In this document: one piece after another, positions 29,747-39,438 of the stretch
Layout: each line of letters begins with the position of its first letter
Numbering within the stretch: the stretch's first letter is position 1
IMG/VR virus record: IMGVR_UViG_3300026549_000040
Location: 64,001 to 128,000 of that record
Length of the DNA stretch: 64,000 nt
Direction: 5' to 3' (one strand)
DNA from: a virus
Lineage: Duplodnaviria; Caudoviricetes
Notes under the pieces: model-generated
Database searches by the model: none
The model's input: the letters and a program-made list of their open reading frames with translations, nothing else
Told to the model about the DNA's origin: nothing
Program-made: the position numbers and the translations under genes

Positions 29747-30241
29747 ATGTTAGTATATGAAAAGAAAGTAGATGGCACAAGACATCTTTATGGAAAAGTA
29801 GAAGGAACAGTTCCGGCTGTTGATGATGTTCAACTAACTTATAAAGATGCTGATGGTCAAGAATTAGAGTTAGTAGAAAAAGATACATACAAAGATAATG
29901 GTAAGGGTGGTATTTATAGAGTATCAGATAATGCTGCTGTAAATGTATTTATTGGTGATACTCAAATTATTGGTGAAGAGATTGAAGAACCCGATACTCC
30001 TTTAATTACAAGTATTACAGTAACTCCTCCGACTAAGACTACTTATAATGGTGGTGAAACTTTAGATTTAACTGGTATGGTAGTAACTGCTAATTTTGAT
30101 AATGGAGATACAGAAGTATTAACTGAAGGATTTACAACATCTCCTGCTGAAGGGGCTACGTTACAAGGCGGTGAAACAGTGACAGTTACTGTTTCTTATT
30201 ATGAATTAACAGATACGTTTGAAGTAACTGTTGGACAATAA
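29747..30241 (+). CDS. Ig-like (Big_3-type) domain virion decoration protein
   Basis: ITSITVTPPTKTTY..GETLDLTGMVVTA. Confidence 0.75.
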   Translation: MLVYEKKVDGTRHLYGKVEGTVPAVDDVQLTYKDADGQELELVEKDTYKDNGKGGIYRVSDNAAVNVFIGDTQIIGEEIEEPDTPLITSITVTPPTKTTYNGGETLDLTGMVVTANFDNGDTEVLTEGFTTSPAEGATLQGGETVTVTVSYYELTDTFEVTVGQ

Positions 30242-30263
30242 GTATAATAATTAAGGTAGTATA

Positions 30264-31004
30264 ATGCATATTGATGATTTTAGAGATGAGGTAAAGTTAA
30301 AATTAACTGGAGATATTCTTGAATCTGAATTAGATGATGATACATTAAATAAAATTATCAAAAGTGCATTAAGAGAACTTCAAAGATATATAAATCATAC
30401 AAAGTTAATTACAATACCTTATAAGCCTTGTATTGATTTATCTAACGAAGAAGATACTAATAATGTAAAGATAGATGTTAATTCTGTTGTAATGGTATAC
30501 AGAACAGAAGATTTAGCAGGAACAACTTCAGGAGAAGGTGATGGTGGAACTTCTGATCCTATGCAGGTAGCACAATGGCAATTATTAAGTGGTATGGGGA
30601 ATATAATGTATTTCCAAGATGCTGTATACAACTATGGAGCTTGGACTACATTACAACAAATAAGGAATACTACTTCAACAGACTTAGCATTTAGATTTGA
30701 TAAAGATTCAAGTAAGTTATATATTAATGTTCCTAATGGTACACCAAGCAAGATCACATTAGAGTATGTTCCGATTATACATAATGTAGATGAAATTAAA
30801 TCTCCTTACTGGATAGATATGTTAGTAAGATTATCAGTAGCACTAACAAAAGTAACAGTAGGGAGAATAAGAACAAGATATACTCAAAGTAATGCTTTAT
30901 GGCAAAGCGATGGTGATACTATTCTTTCAGAAGGAAAAGAAGAATTAAATAGTTTACGGGAAATGTTACTTCAGAATTCAGAATTAACATACCCAATAGA
31001 TTAA
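30264..31004 (+). CDS. putative neck/head-tail adaptor (T4 gp13-like)
   Basis: ALTKVTVGRIRTRY...DGDTILSEGKEEL C-terminal motif; position. Confidence 0.65.
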   Translation: MHIDDFRDEVKLKLTGDILESELDDDTLNKIIKSALRELQRYINHTKLITIPYKPCIDLSNEEDTNNVKIDVNSVVMVYRTEDLAGTTSGEGDGGTSDPMQVAQWQLLSGMGNIMYFQDAVYNYGAWTTLQQIRNTTSTDLAFRFDKDSSKLYINVPNGTPSKITLEYVPIIHNVDEIKSPYWIDMLVRLSVALTKVTVGRIRTRYTQSNALWQSDGDTILSEGKEELNSLREMLLQNSELTYPID

Positions 31005-31019
31005 TAGGAGAATAATTTA

Positions 31020-32561
31020 ATGGATAAAAATTTTATTCAGGAAGCATTTAAGCAAGTTTATCTAACAGAAGATGCTGAAGAATTTTCATTAAATGTTTCT
31101 GGTCCAGACGATACTGAATCATTCATGGATATTGTTAATTCTGATGAATACGCAGATGATGAAATGATATCTGATGTTTATGATTTAGAGGCTGAAGCAA
31201 AAGAAGACTTAAAGCAATCATATATCGGTAAAGTAATATTAGACTGTAATGTATGTCATAGTAATGTATTCGTTGATAAAGATGAGATTACTGAAAATGA
31301 AGATGGTGTTTGTTGTGAAGAATTAGAATGCCCGTATTGCATGTCTAATGAAGGTTACACTATTATAGGTGAAGTTAAACCTTATCAAGAAGCTGATGAA
31401 AATACGGACGAGATAGAAGATATTGAAGTAAATACTTCAGATGATGAACCAGTAGAAATAGAAGCTGATGAAGAACCTGAAGAAGATGAAGATTTAGAAG
31501 AAGGCCTTAAAGCAGACAAAGTAAAAGCTCTTCAAAGAAACGACAAACTTGATGGACAAAAGGGTCTTGGAAGAGGTAAAGGTTTAGAAGCATCAGATGA
31601 TATTCGTGGTCCTAAGTATAAAGAACTGAATGAATGTGGTGATCCAGAAGAAATAAATGAATGTGGTGATACAGAAGAACTTAATGAAGCCAAGAAAAAA
31701 GGCACCCCTTGGGTAGTAGAGTCTGATGTAGATGGTGAAATAGCAAGAGTAAAATCAGAAAATGAAGCTAAAGAAACCATAGCGGAATTAAAGAAAGAAG
31801 ATAAAAAACTGAGAAAGGGTAAGAAAGTTAAATATTCTTACAAATTTGATGAATCAGTTGATAAGAGTTTATATGATAAAGTTCAAAACACTATGAATGA
31901 AGATATAGAAGATATATCTGTTTCTACTTCTAATGAAACCACAACTATATCTACAAAAGATGATGGTGGAGTGGTAGTAGAAACTTCCCCTAAAGAAGAT
32001 GAAGATTCATTTGAAGAATATACGGGTGATGAAATGATTGCACCTATAGAACCTGAAACTGAGTCAGACATATCTGATACCTTAGAAGCTGATACTGAAG
32101 ATACAGAAGAAATTCCAGAAGATGAAATTCCAGAAGAGGAAACTTCAGAAGAGGAGACTCCAGAAGGTGAAGGAGAAGATGAATTCGAAGAGTTTGATGA
32201 AGAATCATTTAATGATTTAGGTGAATCTTATCTTAAAAGATGTTATGAAAATGTAACTTCTTTTGAAACTTCCAGAGTAACCTTAAATGAGAATAAAGAC
32301 TTCGTGGTAGAAGGTAATATTGGTTTTGATTCAGGAAATAAGAAAGCTACTCAATTTGTATTTTCACAGAAGTCAAATAATGATGGAAAATTAAAGTTGG
32401 AAGGTTATAATAAACAAATCAGCAGAGGCAAGAAAACATTTAAACTTAATTGCTCAGTCAATAACAAAACTCTAGTATGTGAATCATTAAACTATAATTA
32501 CAAAGGCAAGAATGATTTAAATGAATCTGTAAGAGTTTATGGCACTGTTAAACGGAAATAA
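31020..32561 (+). CDS. highly acidic head-associated protein with Zn ribbon
   Basis: CNVC...CPYC; many LTE/LEE/LNE/INE sites. Confidence 0.6.
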   Translation: MDKNFIQEAFKQVYLTEDAEEFSLNVSGPDDTESFMDIVNSDEYADDEMISDVYDLEAEAKEDLKQSYIGKVILDCNVCHSNVFVDKDEITENEDGVCCEELECPYCMSNEGYTIIGEVKPYQEADENTDEIEDIEVNTSDDEPVEIEADEEPEEDEDLEEGLKADKVKALQRNDKLDGQKGLGRGKGLEASDDIRGPKYKELNECGDPEEINECGDTEELNEAKKKGTPWVVESDVDGEIARVKSENEAKETIAELKKEDKKLRKGKKVKYSYKFDESVDKSLYDKVQNTMNEDIEDISVSTSNETTTISTKDDGGVVVETSPKEDEDSFEEYTGDEMIAPIEPETESDISDTLEADTEDTEEIPEDEIPEEETSEEETPEGEGEDEFEEFDEESFNDLGESYLKRCYENVTSFETSRVTLNENKDFVVEGNIGFDSGNKKATQFVFSQKSNNDGKLKLEGYNKQISRGKKTFKLNCSVNNKTLVCESLNYNYKGKNDLNESVRVYGTVKRK

Positions 32562-32563
32562 AA

Positions 32564-32809
32564 TTGGGAGTTTTAATGAAGTATAGAAATATATGTACTA
32601 GTGATGCTTTTAATGAGGCTTATTCACTAGAAGAAGCTAATGCGAATTTAGCTACTAGATTTTATGAGCTTACTAAAGATTGGGATCCATATGAAGTTAT
32701 GCAAGATTTTTTAGAATTTGTTCCAGATAAAGTATTACAGGATTATGTAGATTGGCTTGAGGAAACAAGTTTAGATGAATCTTATAATTTAAAAAAAAGT
32801 AAAGATTAA
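32564..32809 (+). CDS. small acidic protein, possibly truncated by a frameshift at an A8 tract
   Basis: FNEA/LEEA/LDES sites; GGGAG RBS favours the internal ATG; +1 frame continues as KINEALRVTKARDY. Confidence 0.55.
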   Translation: MGVLMKYRNICTSDAFNEAYSLEEANANLATRFYELTKDWDPYEVMQDFLEFVPDKVLQDYVDWLEETSLDESYNLKKSKD

Positions 32810-32916
32810 TGAAGCATTAAGAGTTACAAAAGCAAGAGATTATAATACTAAGTTCAGAACTAGTATATGTACTTTATGAAAATAATCTAACTATGTGATT
32901 TAAACTGAGGAACTAA

Positions 32917-33486
32917 ATGGAACATCAGAAATATGGTCAATTATTAACTCCAGATATAAAAATACATAGACAATATTTTAGAGAAATGGTAAAACTCTTA
33001 GGAATAAGGGTTTTATATAGAGCTCCTAAGATTAATAAAGATTACAGTTTGTATCGGGAACTCGAGTCAGACTATGAAGATCCAATATTAATAGGTTGTA
33101 TTTTTGATGAACATCCTACTCAACAAACTTTAAGAAAAATTGGTTGGGTTTCAGAATTAAATGAGAATTCTTCATTTATTCATGTAGATTATGATCTACC
33201 TGGTTTACAACAAGGAGCTTTATTTATTATACCAAGTGGTTTAGATGATGGAAAAGGTAGAGTATTTCGTGTTGTAAAAATGGTAACAGAAATAGTTTAT
33301 CCATCATCTATAACTTGTGAAATAGTGCCTCAATATGAGAATGATTTTAAATCAATATCTGGAGGAAAAGATATAAAAGAATTAGTGGAATCAGAAGAGC
33401 TTAATATATTAAATAATGAAAGTATAAGGCCAATGACTTCCTATTTAGAAGATTTAGAAAAAGAATTGGCATTGAATGGAGATTAG
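32917..33486 (+). CDS. putative head completion/neck protein (gp14-like)
   Basis: Position between neck and tail terminator; FREMVKLLGI.V.Y pattern. Confidence 0.55.
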   Translation: MEHQKYGQLLTPDIKIHRQYFREMVKLLGIRVLYRAPKINKDYSLYRELESDYEDPILIGCIFDEHPTQQTLRKIGWVSELNENSSFIHVDYDLPGLQQGALFIIPSGLDDGKGRVFRVVKMVTEIVYPSSITCEIVPQYENDFKSISGGKDIKELVESEELNILNNESIRPMTSYLEDLEKELALNGD

Positions 33487-34221
33487 ATGTCTACATATTT
33501 ATATGATGAAGCAATAGTTAAAAAATTTAAAAATTGGACTTCAACTTCCAAAACACAAATATATGGGCCTTCTGAAACTAGAAGATTATTTGAAATAATA
33601 GCAGATAAGACTACTGATTCAAAAATAAAATTACCATTTATATCTATAAATAGAGAACTTGGATATGATATTATTAATGATGGCACTACAAGACGTCCAT
33701 TGTCCTATGACGGTGTAAATAGAATGTATGACCCATCCACTAAGACAATGACTATAATGAATGCCATACCTATTACTATTAGATATCAAGTTAATGTATA
33801 TGCAAGGTATGCTCAAGAAGCAGATATATTAATGCGTAATTTAATATTTAATATTGTTAATTTTCCTGCTATGACAATAGATGTTCCAGCAGCAGATCAA
33901 GAACATACTGCTAGAATATCTATTGCTGATACTACTATAAGAGATACTTCTAATATTGCAGAAAGATTTATAGAAGGAAATTTAACTTGTTTAAGTATTT
34001 CTATTGAAATTAGAGATGCTTACTTATGGGATGTTAGAAAACACCGCGATGCGGAAATTGAATTAAGAATAGATGACATTTATGAGAATAAGAATTTTGA
34101 ATGTCTTTCTTGTGGGTTTATATATCAAGGTTATATACCGCCTGCAGCATGTCCTATGTGTGGTGAAAATAACTGGCAAGTAAAACCCTATAGCAGAGAA
34201 TTAAATTCTAATCAAGATTAA
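33487..34221 (+). CDS. putative tail terminator/sheath stabiliser (gp15-like) with C-terminal rubredoxin-like domain
   Basis: IKLPFISINR and IPITIRYQVNVY motifs; FECLSCGFIY...PAACPMCG. Confidence 0.65.
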   Translation: MSTYLYDEAIVKKFKNWTSTSKTQIYGPSETRRLFEIIADKTTDSKIKLPFISINRELGYDIINDGTTRRPLSYDGVNRMYDPSTKTMTIMNAIPITIRYQVNVYARYAQEADILMRNLIFNIVNFPAMTIDVPAADQEHTARISIADTTIRDTSNIAERFIEGNLTCLSISIEIRDAYLWDVRKHRDAEIELRIDDIYENKNFECLSCGFIYQGYIPPAACPMCGENNWQVKPYSRELNSNQD

Positions 34222-34242
34222 TTAAATGGAGAATAAAAATTA

Positions 34243-36411
34243 ATGGAAAGAATTATAATCAGAGAAGAAGATAATACTTCGAATGTTGAACAATTATCTT
34301 CATATGATGTTGTGTACGTTCCAGGTTTTTCTGATGATTTAAGTGACAAGAATCTTTTTAGAACACCAACACTTGTTACATCTAAGTATAAATTTGTAAG
34401 CTTATATGGTGGTAATTGTCCTACATTTGATATTCCACAGGATTGGCCTGAAGCTACAGCTACTACTGAAGGTTTTCCATCTTATGCGATTCCAAATTAT
34501 TCAGACTTAGTTGTAGATAATTCACCTATAGTATTAGATTCATTTGTAGACATAGATACAGGATCTGATTTTGCAAGTTACTTTACTAGAGTAAATATTG
34601 TAGCAGGAGAAGCTCAAACAGACTTTGTACCAGTTGATAATTTAAATTATTTTATCGCTGAAAGAGCTGTTGGATCTGAAGGAAGTTATACTGTTTCTTA
34701 TACAGATTTACCAAGAGATACGAATCCTGAAACAGGTGAACCGTATACATATATAGAAATGTATGGTACAGATGGTAGATATTGGAAAACATATAGCGAT
34801 GAAGAAGATGAAGAAGGTACTGTAACTAAGCAAGGTTGTGTATGTGTTTCTAGTGTAGATCCGTATGAGAATCGTTGGTACGAAAATATAGGTACTACAG
34901 ATGCTCCATATTATAGAGTTTCTGGTGATAGACAAATATCTTATGTAACTCCACAAGATGGTGGTGATAGAGTTATGAAAGCTTATTATGAAGCTTCAAA
35001 GAGTACTCCACCAATGTTTGATGCTGGAGATAGAGACCCAGGTTATAGATACGCATTATATTTATTATCTTTAGGTATTCCTGTTTATTATGAATGTATG
35101 AATTGTGGTTCTCATTGGGAAGAAGTTGAAGTATTATATAGTGATTTTAATACTGCAATGATCTTATATGGAGACATTCCTGAAGGTAATACTAATGATG
35201 ATGAGACAGCTACAAAGGTAATAAGTCCATATAGACAAGGTTGGTATTATTACGATGGGCCAAGCAATAGTTATAAGAAAGCTGGTGAAGATGCACCTGT
35301 GTATGCTACTGCAGATGATGTATCTAGAGGTGGTACTACTACTTGGTACAAAGGTGCTGACATGAGTCTGGAAAGTATGTATACAGGCCTAAAGAAAAGA
35401 TTTATGACAGATCCTACAACGCCTGATTACTCATTTGATAGTATGGGTGACTACTCTATTAAATATATGACAACAGGTGGATATCCAGTATTTGAATATG
35501 GTATGGCAACAGAAAATGCTTCCGATACAGGAGATGTTACTTCTGGTTTAGCTTTTGCTATGATGGATTTATGTCAAAAACGTGGTGATGCAATTGCTCT
35601 TATAGATCATACAGATAATCCAGATAGAACTATATATAATGAAGATGAATTATCTGTAAGTAGTGTAGCAAGAAGAGACTTTATGAATATAGATGATAAG
35701 GTTGCTTCTCATGGTGCTATGTTCACACCTTGGTATCATTGCACACATGCAACTATAGCTGGTGAAACAACTGATGCAAATAGCTCAGATTTAATGCCTG
35801 CTTCATTAGCATACCTAAGCAGTTTAGCTATACAACTTAGAAATTATAATCCATGGTTAGCAGTATCTGGTGTTACTAGAGGTAAAGTTCCATACTTTGG
35901 TGGTCTTCATACTAATTACACGTTAACTAATAATGTAGCTGACTCATATCAATATGTTCCAAGTGGAATAGCTACTGATGAAGCTCTTGTTTCAATTAAC
36001 CCAATAACATACATAAGACAATATGGATATTGTATCTGGGGTAATAGAACTTTAAGAAATAATAAGTTAGGTACAAAAGCAACGTCCTTCTTAAATATTA
36101 GAAACTTAGTTTCAGATATTAAGAAAGTATTGTATGAAACTTCTCAACAGTTATTATTCGAACAGAATACGGATATACTGTGGATCAACTTTAAGTCAAA
36201 AGTAACTCCGTTGTTAGATACTATGGTTTCTAACTATATATTAAGTGATTATAAACTAACTAAATTTAATATTGATCCAGATTCAGGTGAGCCAGTACCA
36301 GCATATATGGTATTAGCTAACTTAAAGATTATGCCAATAAATTCTGTAGAAGTATTTGACTTAACAATACAGTTAGAAAATAACGAAGTAGAAGTTTCGG
36401 AAGAAGAATAA
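34243..36411 (+). CDS. tail sheath protein
   Basis: RGDAIALID, PWLAVSGVTRG, INPI, IWGNRTL, FLNIRNL, LFEQN. Confidence 0.9.
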   Translation: MERIIIREEDNTSNVEQLSSYDVVYVPGFSDDLSDKNLFRTPTLVTSKYKFVSLYGGNCPTFDIPQDWPEATATTEGFPSYAIPNYSDLVVDNSPIVLDSFVDIDTGSDFASYFTRVNIVAGEAQTDFVPVDNLNYFIAERAVGSEGSYTVSYTDLPRDTNPETGEPYTYIEMYGTDGRYWKTYSDEEDEEGTVTKQGCVCVSSVDPYENRWYENIGTTDAPYYRVSGDRQISYVTPQDGGDRVMKAYYEASKSTPPMFDAGDRDPGYRYALYLLSLGIPVYYECMNCGSHWEEVEVLYSDFNTAMILYGDIPEGNTNDDETATKVISPYRQGWYYYDGPSNSYKKAGEDAPVYATADDVSRGGTTTWYKGADMSLESMYTGLKKRFMTDPTTPDYSFDSMGDYSIKYMTTGGYPVFEYGMATENASDTGDVTSGLAFAMMDLCQKRGDAIALIDHTDNPDRTIYNEDELSVSSVARRDFMNIDDKVASHGAMFTPWYHCTHATIAGETTDANSSDLMPASLAYLSSLAIQLRNYNPWLAVSGVTRGKVPYFGGLHTNYTLTNNVADSYQYVPSGIATDEALVSINPITYIRQYGYCIWGNRTLRNNKLGTKATSFLNIRNLVSDIKKVLYETSQQLLFEQNTDILWINFKSKVTPLLDTMVSNYILSDYKLTKFNIDPDSGEPVPAYMVLANLKIMPINSVEVFDLTIQLENNEVEVSEEE

Positions 36412-36431
36412 TTAAGGAGAGGAAATAAATA

Positions 36432-37004
36432 ATGCCAATTAGACCAGATCAAGGTGCTTATCATTTCTCTGCTGAGAAACAAATATACGAAATTCAAAGA
36501 GGAAATAACTTTGAAGTAGTACTTAATACTGATTTTATAAATCGGTTAACTGCTTTAGGAAGCCCAGCTACTTCATTCCCAAAAGCACAGGATTATATTA
36601 GAATTTCTGTTGCTTCTTTCTCAGTACCACATTTTTCACAAAACCCAATAGAAGTTAGAAGAGGTAATACTTCTGTAAAATATGCAGGTGTAATGTCCTT
36701 CAATTCAGGGTCACTTCAGTGCTATGATTTTATTGGTACTAGAACTAAAGATATATTAATGGCTTGGCAGGCTAGATCGGGTAATCCATTAGATCAAACA
36801 GTAGGATTACAAGCACAATATAAGACAGATTGTACTTTATTAGAGTACCCACCAGACTACAGTAGAATAGTAAGAACGTGGAAACTTGAAGGATGTTGGA
36901 TATCTGAAATATCAGAACCAGAGTATTCAGCAGATTCTAATGATGCAAGAAGAATATCTGTTACTATACAGTATGATAGAGCATATCCTGTATATGATGT
37001 ATGA
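36432..37004 (+). CDS. tail tube protein (gp19-like)
   Basis: VKYAG, YKTDCTLLEY...RTWKLEGCWIS, ISVTIQYDRA; follows sheath. Confidence 0.88.
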   Translation: MPIRPDQGAYHFSAEKQIYEIQRGNNFEVVLNTDFINRLTALGSPATSFPKAQDYIRISVASFSVPHFSQNPIEVRRGNTSVKYAGVMSFNSGSLQCYDFIGTRTKDILMAWQARSGNPLDQTVGLQAQYKTDCTLLEYPPDYSRIVRTWKLEGCWISEISEPEYSADSNDARRISVTIQYDRAYPVYDV

Positions 37005-37008
37005 TTTA

Positions 37009-37040
37009 TAGTGGGCTGGTTGTAACTAATCAGCCCACTA
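37009..37040 (+). terminator. stem-loop after tail tube gene (terminator or processing/stabilising hairpin)
   Basis: TAGTGGGCTG...CAGCCCACTA; no clean U-tract. Confidence 0.55.
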
Positions 37041-37060
37041 ATATTAGAAAAGTATTAAAA

Positions 37061-38005
37061 TTGAAAAATTTATTATTAGAGGATAAAAGAAGTCAGTTAT
37101 TATCCAGATCTAAAACTGGAGATCCGTATGTACCTTGGAATCAGTTCCGGGGTAAGAACAGATACCAAAGAAGATTATATTCTAGATTAGCCTCATCTGT
37201 TAAAAATTTTAATTCTATTGATATGAATAAACTTTTTAAAGATGATATATTAGATGTAGACATTGATGTTAAAGGTGAAACAAATGTTTATGTCGTTAGA
37301 ATTTCTTTTGGTGGTTTTCTGGATGAATTGCATAACTTCTTAAAAACACAAGAATTAAATAGAAAAATAATTGCTAAGGCTTTATCAAAGGCTTTTAATG
37401 GAGATCAGGTATATATAAACTGCACATGTCCAGATTTTAGATATAGAGGTAAATATTGGGCAACTAAGAATAATATTCTTATAGGTGCTCCTGAGACAAG
37501 ACCTTCTAATATAACAAATCCAAATGATACAAAAGGTCCTGGATGTAAGCATATTACATTAGCTTTAAGTGATAGCTCTTGGCTAGTAAAAGTAAGTTCT
37601 GTTATATATAACTATATAGAATATATGAAAGAGCATGATGAAAGGCTTTATCAAAAATATATATATCCAGCTATTTATCAAAAACCGTATGAAGCAGATG
37701 AGATACAATTAGATATGACAGATATTGATAATAGAGGATTAGATATAAGATTTAGTGAGTATCAGGAATTAGTAGATGATGATATGGCTAGATATGGTAA
37801 AGTAACTAACACTACAAAAGAATTGATAGCCGATGCAGGATTATATATCGAAGAAACAGATAAAGGGCCAGTAGTATCTGGAAGTACCTTATCAAAAGCA
37901 AATAAAGCAGCTGTGGAACGTGGTAGATTTAAAAAAGATAATGAATATAGGTTTACAAAACCTAATAAGGAATTTGAAGACCAAGTAGAAATGGAATTAG
38001 ATTAA
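37061..38005 (+). CDS. SWIM-type zinc-finger protein
   Basis: CTCPDFRYR...GCKH; probable TTG start (MKNLLLED) after the hairpin. Confidence 0.7.
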   Translation: MKNLLLEDKRSQLLSRSKTGDPYVPWNQFRGKNRYQRRLYSRLASSVKNFNSIDMNKLFKDDILDVDIDVKGETNVYVVRISFGGFLDELHNFLKTQELNRKIIAKALSKAFNGDQVYINCTCPDFRYRGKYWATKNNILIGAPETRPSNITNPNDTKGPGCKHITLALSDSSWLVKVSSVIYNYIEYMKEHDERLYQKYIYPAIYQKPYEADEIQLDMTDIDNRGLDIRFSEYQELVDDDMARYGKVTNTTKELIADAGLYIEETDKGPVVSGSTLSKANKAAVERGRFKKDNEYRFTKPNKEFEDQVEMELD

Positions 38006-38006
38006 A

Positions 38007-38807
38007 ATGAAATTACAAGAATTTACAGATAGATTATATGACATGGGTGGCATAGAACAAAATGGAAAAAGAAGAATACTAACAGAAGCAAGAAATCCTG
38101 AAAATGATGAAGTAAATGCAGTTATAAGGAAGTGGGCTAATTCTAGTAGAAATAGATTATCTAAACGTGACCAAAAAATATTAGCGGATAATGGTATTTC
38201 ATTAGAAGATATGACCGGTGAATATCAGAAAAAAGAATTATCAGGTCCAGGAAGGTCAACCGGAGTTTCAGGATCTTATCCTCAAGTTCTATCGAAAGAA
38301 GAAGTGAAAAGTTACCATCCAGATGCAGATTTATTAGGTGTTTTAAGCAAAGACAGAGATAGGGAAGAGGTTGAATATGATTATCCTGATTATAAGCATG
38401 GGGACCATAGAATAACCGATTCTGATAAATCACATTGGTTAACATCAGGAAAGACTAAAAAGGGTGCTAAAGTTAAGATGCCTACAAAAAGTCAGATGGA
38501 TGCTTTACAACCTTATAGAAAAGAAAAAGATGAGCTCAAGAGAGCAAAGAAAGAGTATGAAAAGCAGCGGGAAAGAATAAAGGATAGGGCAGAATATAAG
38601 AGATGGAAGAGAAAGAATGAATCATTAAACTTAAATGAATCTAAGCAAGGATTAGTAGATTATTTTAATGAATTAATGTCTACTTTTGGTGTAAAGCCTT
38701 ATGAACAAGTAGATTACCTATTGGGTTATATGAATGAAAGTGAATTATTAGATGCTATAGATGATTTTAAGGAATATATGGATATAGATGATGAAGATAT
38801 AATGTAA
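38007..38807 (+). CDS. hypothetical modular protein, candidate internal head protein
   Basis: MKLQEF start; ILTEA and ESLNLNES linkers. Confidence 0.6.
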   Translation: MKLQEFTDRLYDMGGIEQNGKRRILTEARNPENDEVNAVIRKWANSSRNRLSKRDQKILADNGISLEDMTGEYQKKELSGPGRSTGVSGSYPQVLSKEEVKSYHPDADLLGVLSKDRDREEVEYDYPDYKHGDHRITDSDKSHWLTSGKTKKGAKVKMPTKSQMDALQPYRKEKDELKRAKKEYEKQRERIKDRAEYKRWKRKNESLNLNESKQGLVDYFNELMSTFGVKPYEQVDYLLGYMNESELLDAIDDFKEYMDIDDEDIM

Positions 38808-38823
38808 AATTATTATAAATCAT

Positions 38824-38851
38824 TTGAATTTATTGCTAAATTATATATAAA
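38824..38851 (+). promoter_or_regulatory. putative late promoter
   Basis: TTGAATTTATTGCTAAATTA identical to 10573-10592. Confidence 0.7.
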
Positions 38852-38991
38852 AACTGAAAAATAGAATCTCAATAGATAACTAAATAGATGAATAAAATAG
38901 AGATAACTTATGATTGATAATATATAATATGAGATTCAGTTGAGATTATTAAAGTCAACATGAACCTATTTGTTTTGTGTTGACTTTTTTT
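38852..38991 (+). ncRNA. candidate small RNA or structured leader (~140 nt)
   Basis: Between promoter motif and terminator; only very short ORFs; complementary segments. Confidence 0.3.
38951..38991 (+). terminator. rho-independent terminator
   Basis: AAAGTCAACA...TGTTGACTTT plus T-tract. Confidence 0.75.
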
Positions 38992-39016
38992 ATTATAAAA
39001 TACGGAAATAAAAAGA

Positions 39017-39400
39017 ATGACTGATAAAACAGATTTACAGAAGTTTATAGAGTGGTGTAGAAGCTACACAGATATGCCTGAATCTCTTAAGAACAGTATG
39101 CTTCAAGATGCACTTGAAGAAATAAAGCAGCATGGATTTGATAATCTAAGCTCCAATATATATTTAAGACTAATTTCATTCTATACGTGCAAGTTATTAG
39201 ACGATAAATCTACATCTAAGTATGTCCCATCTTTACTAAATAATTCTAATATTGATATGTCCTCATTAGATACTATGTATAAGAATACTGCAGGCTTGAG
39301 AGAATTATCAAAATCATTGATAAAATTTAATAAGGGCTATAAGACAGCAGATGGAGAATACTTAAAATACTTGCAAAGACTTATAAATGATGGTGTATAG
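39017..39400 (+). CDS. hypothetical protein
   Basis: 127 aa ORF. Confidence 0.6.
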   Translation: MTDKTDLQKFIEWCRSYTDMPESLKNSMLQDALEEIKQHGFDNLSSNIYLRLISFYTCKLLDDKSTSKYVPSLLNNSNIDMSSLDTMYKNTAGLRELSKSLIKFNKGYKTADGEYLKYLQRLINDGV

Positions 39401-39438
39401 TATATTATAAATAATAACTAGAGGAGAAATGATAATAA

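Noticed and set aside
37001-37060. ORF-track start of the SWIM gene at 37001
   Set aside because: Runs through a strong hairpin; TTG at 37061 (MKNLLLED) is more plausible, though not proven
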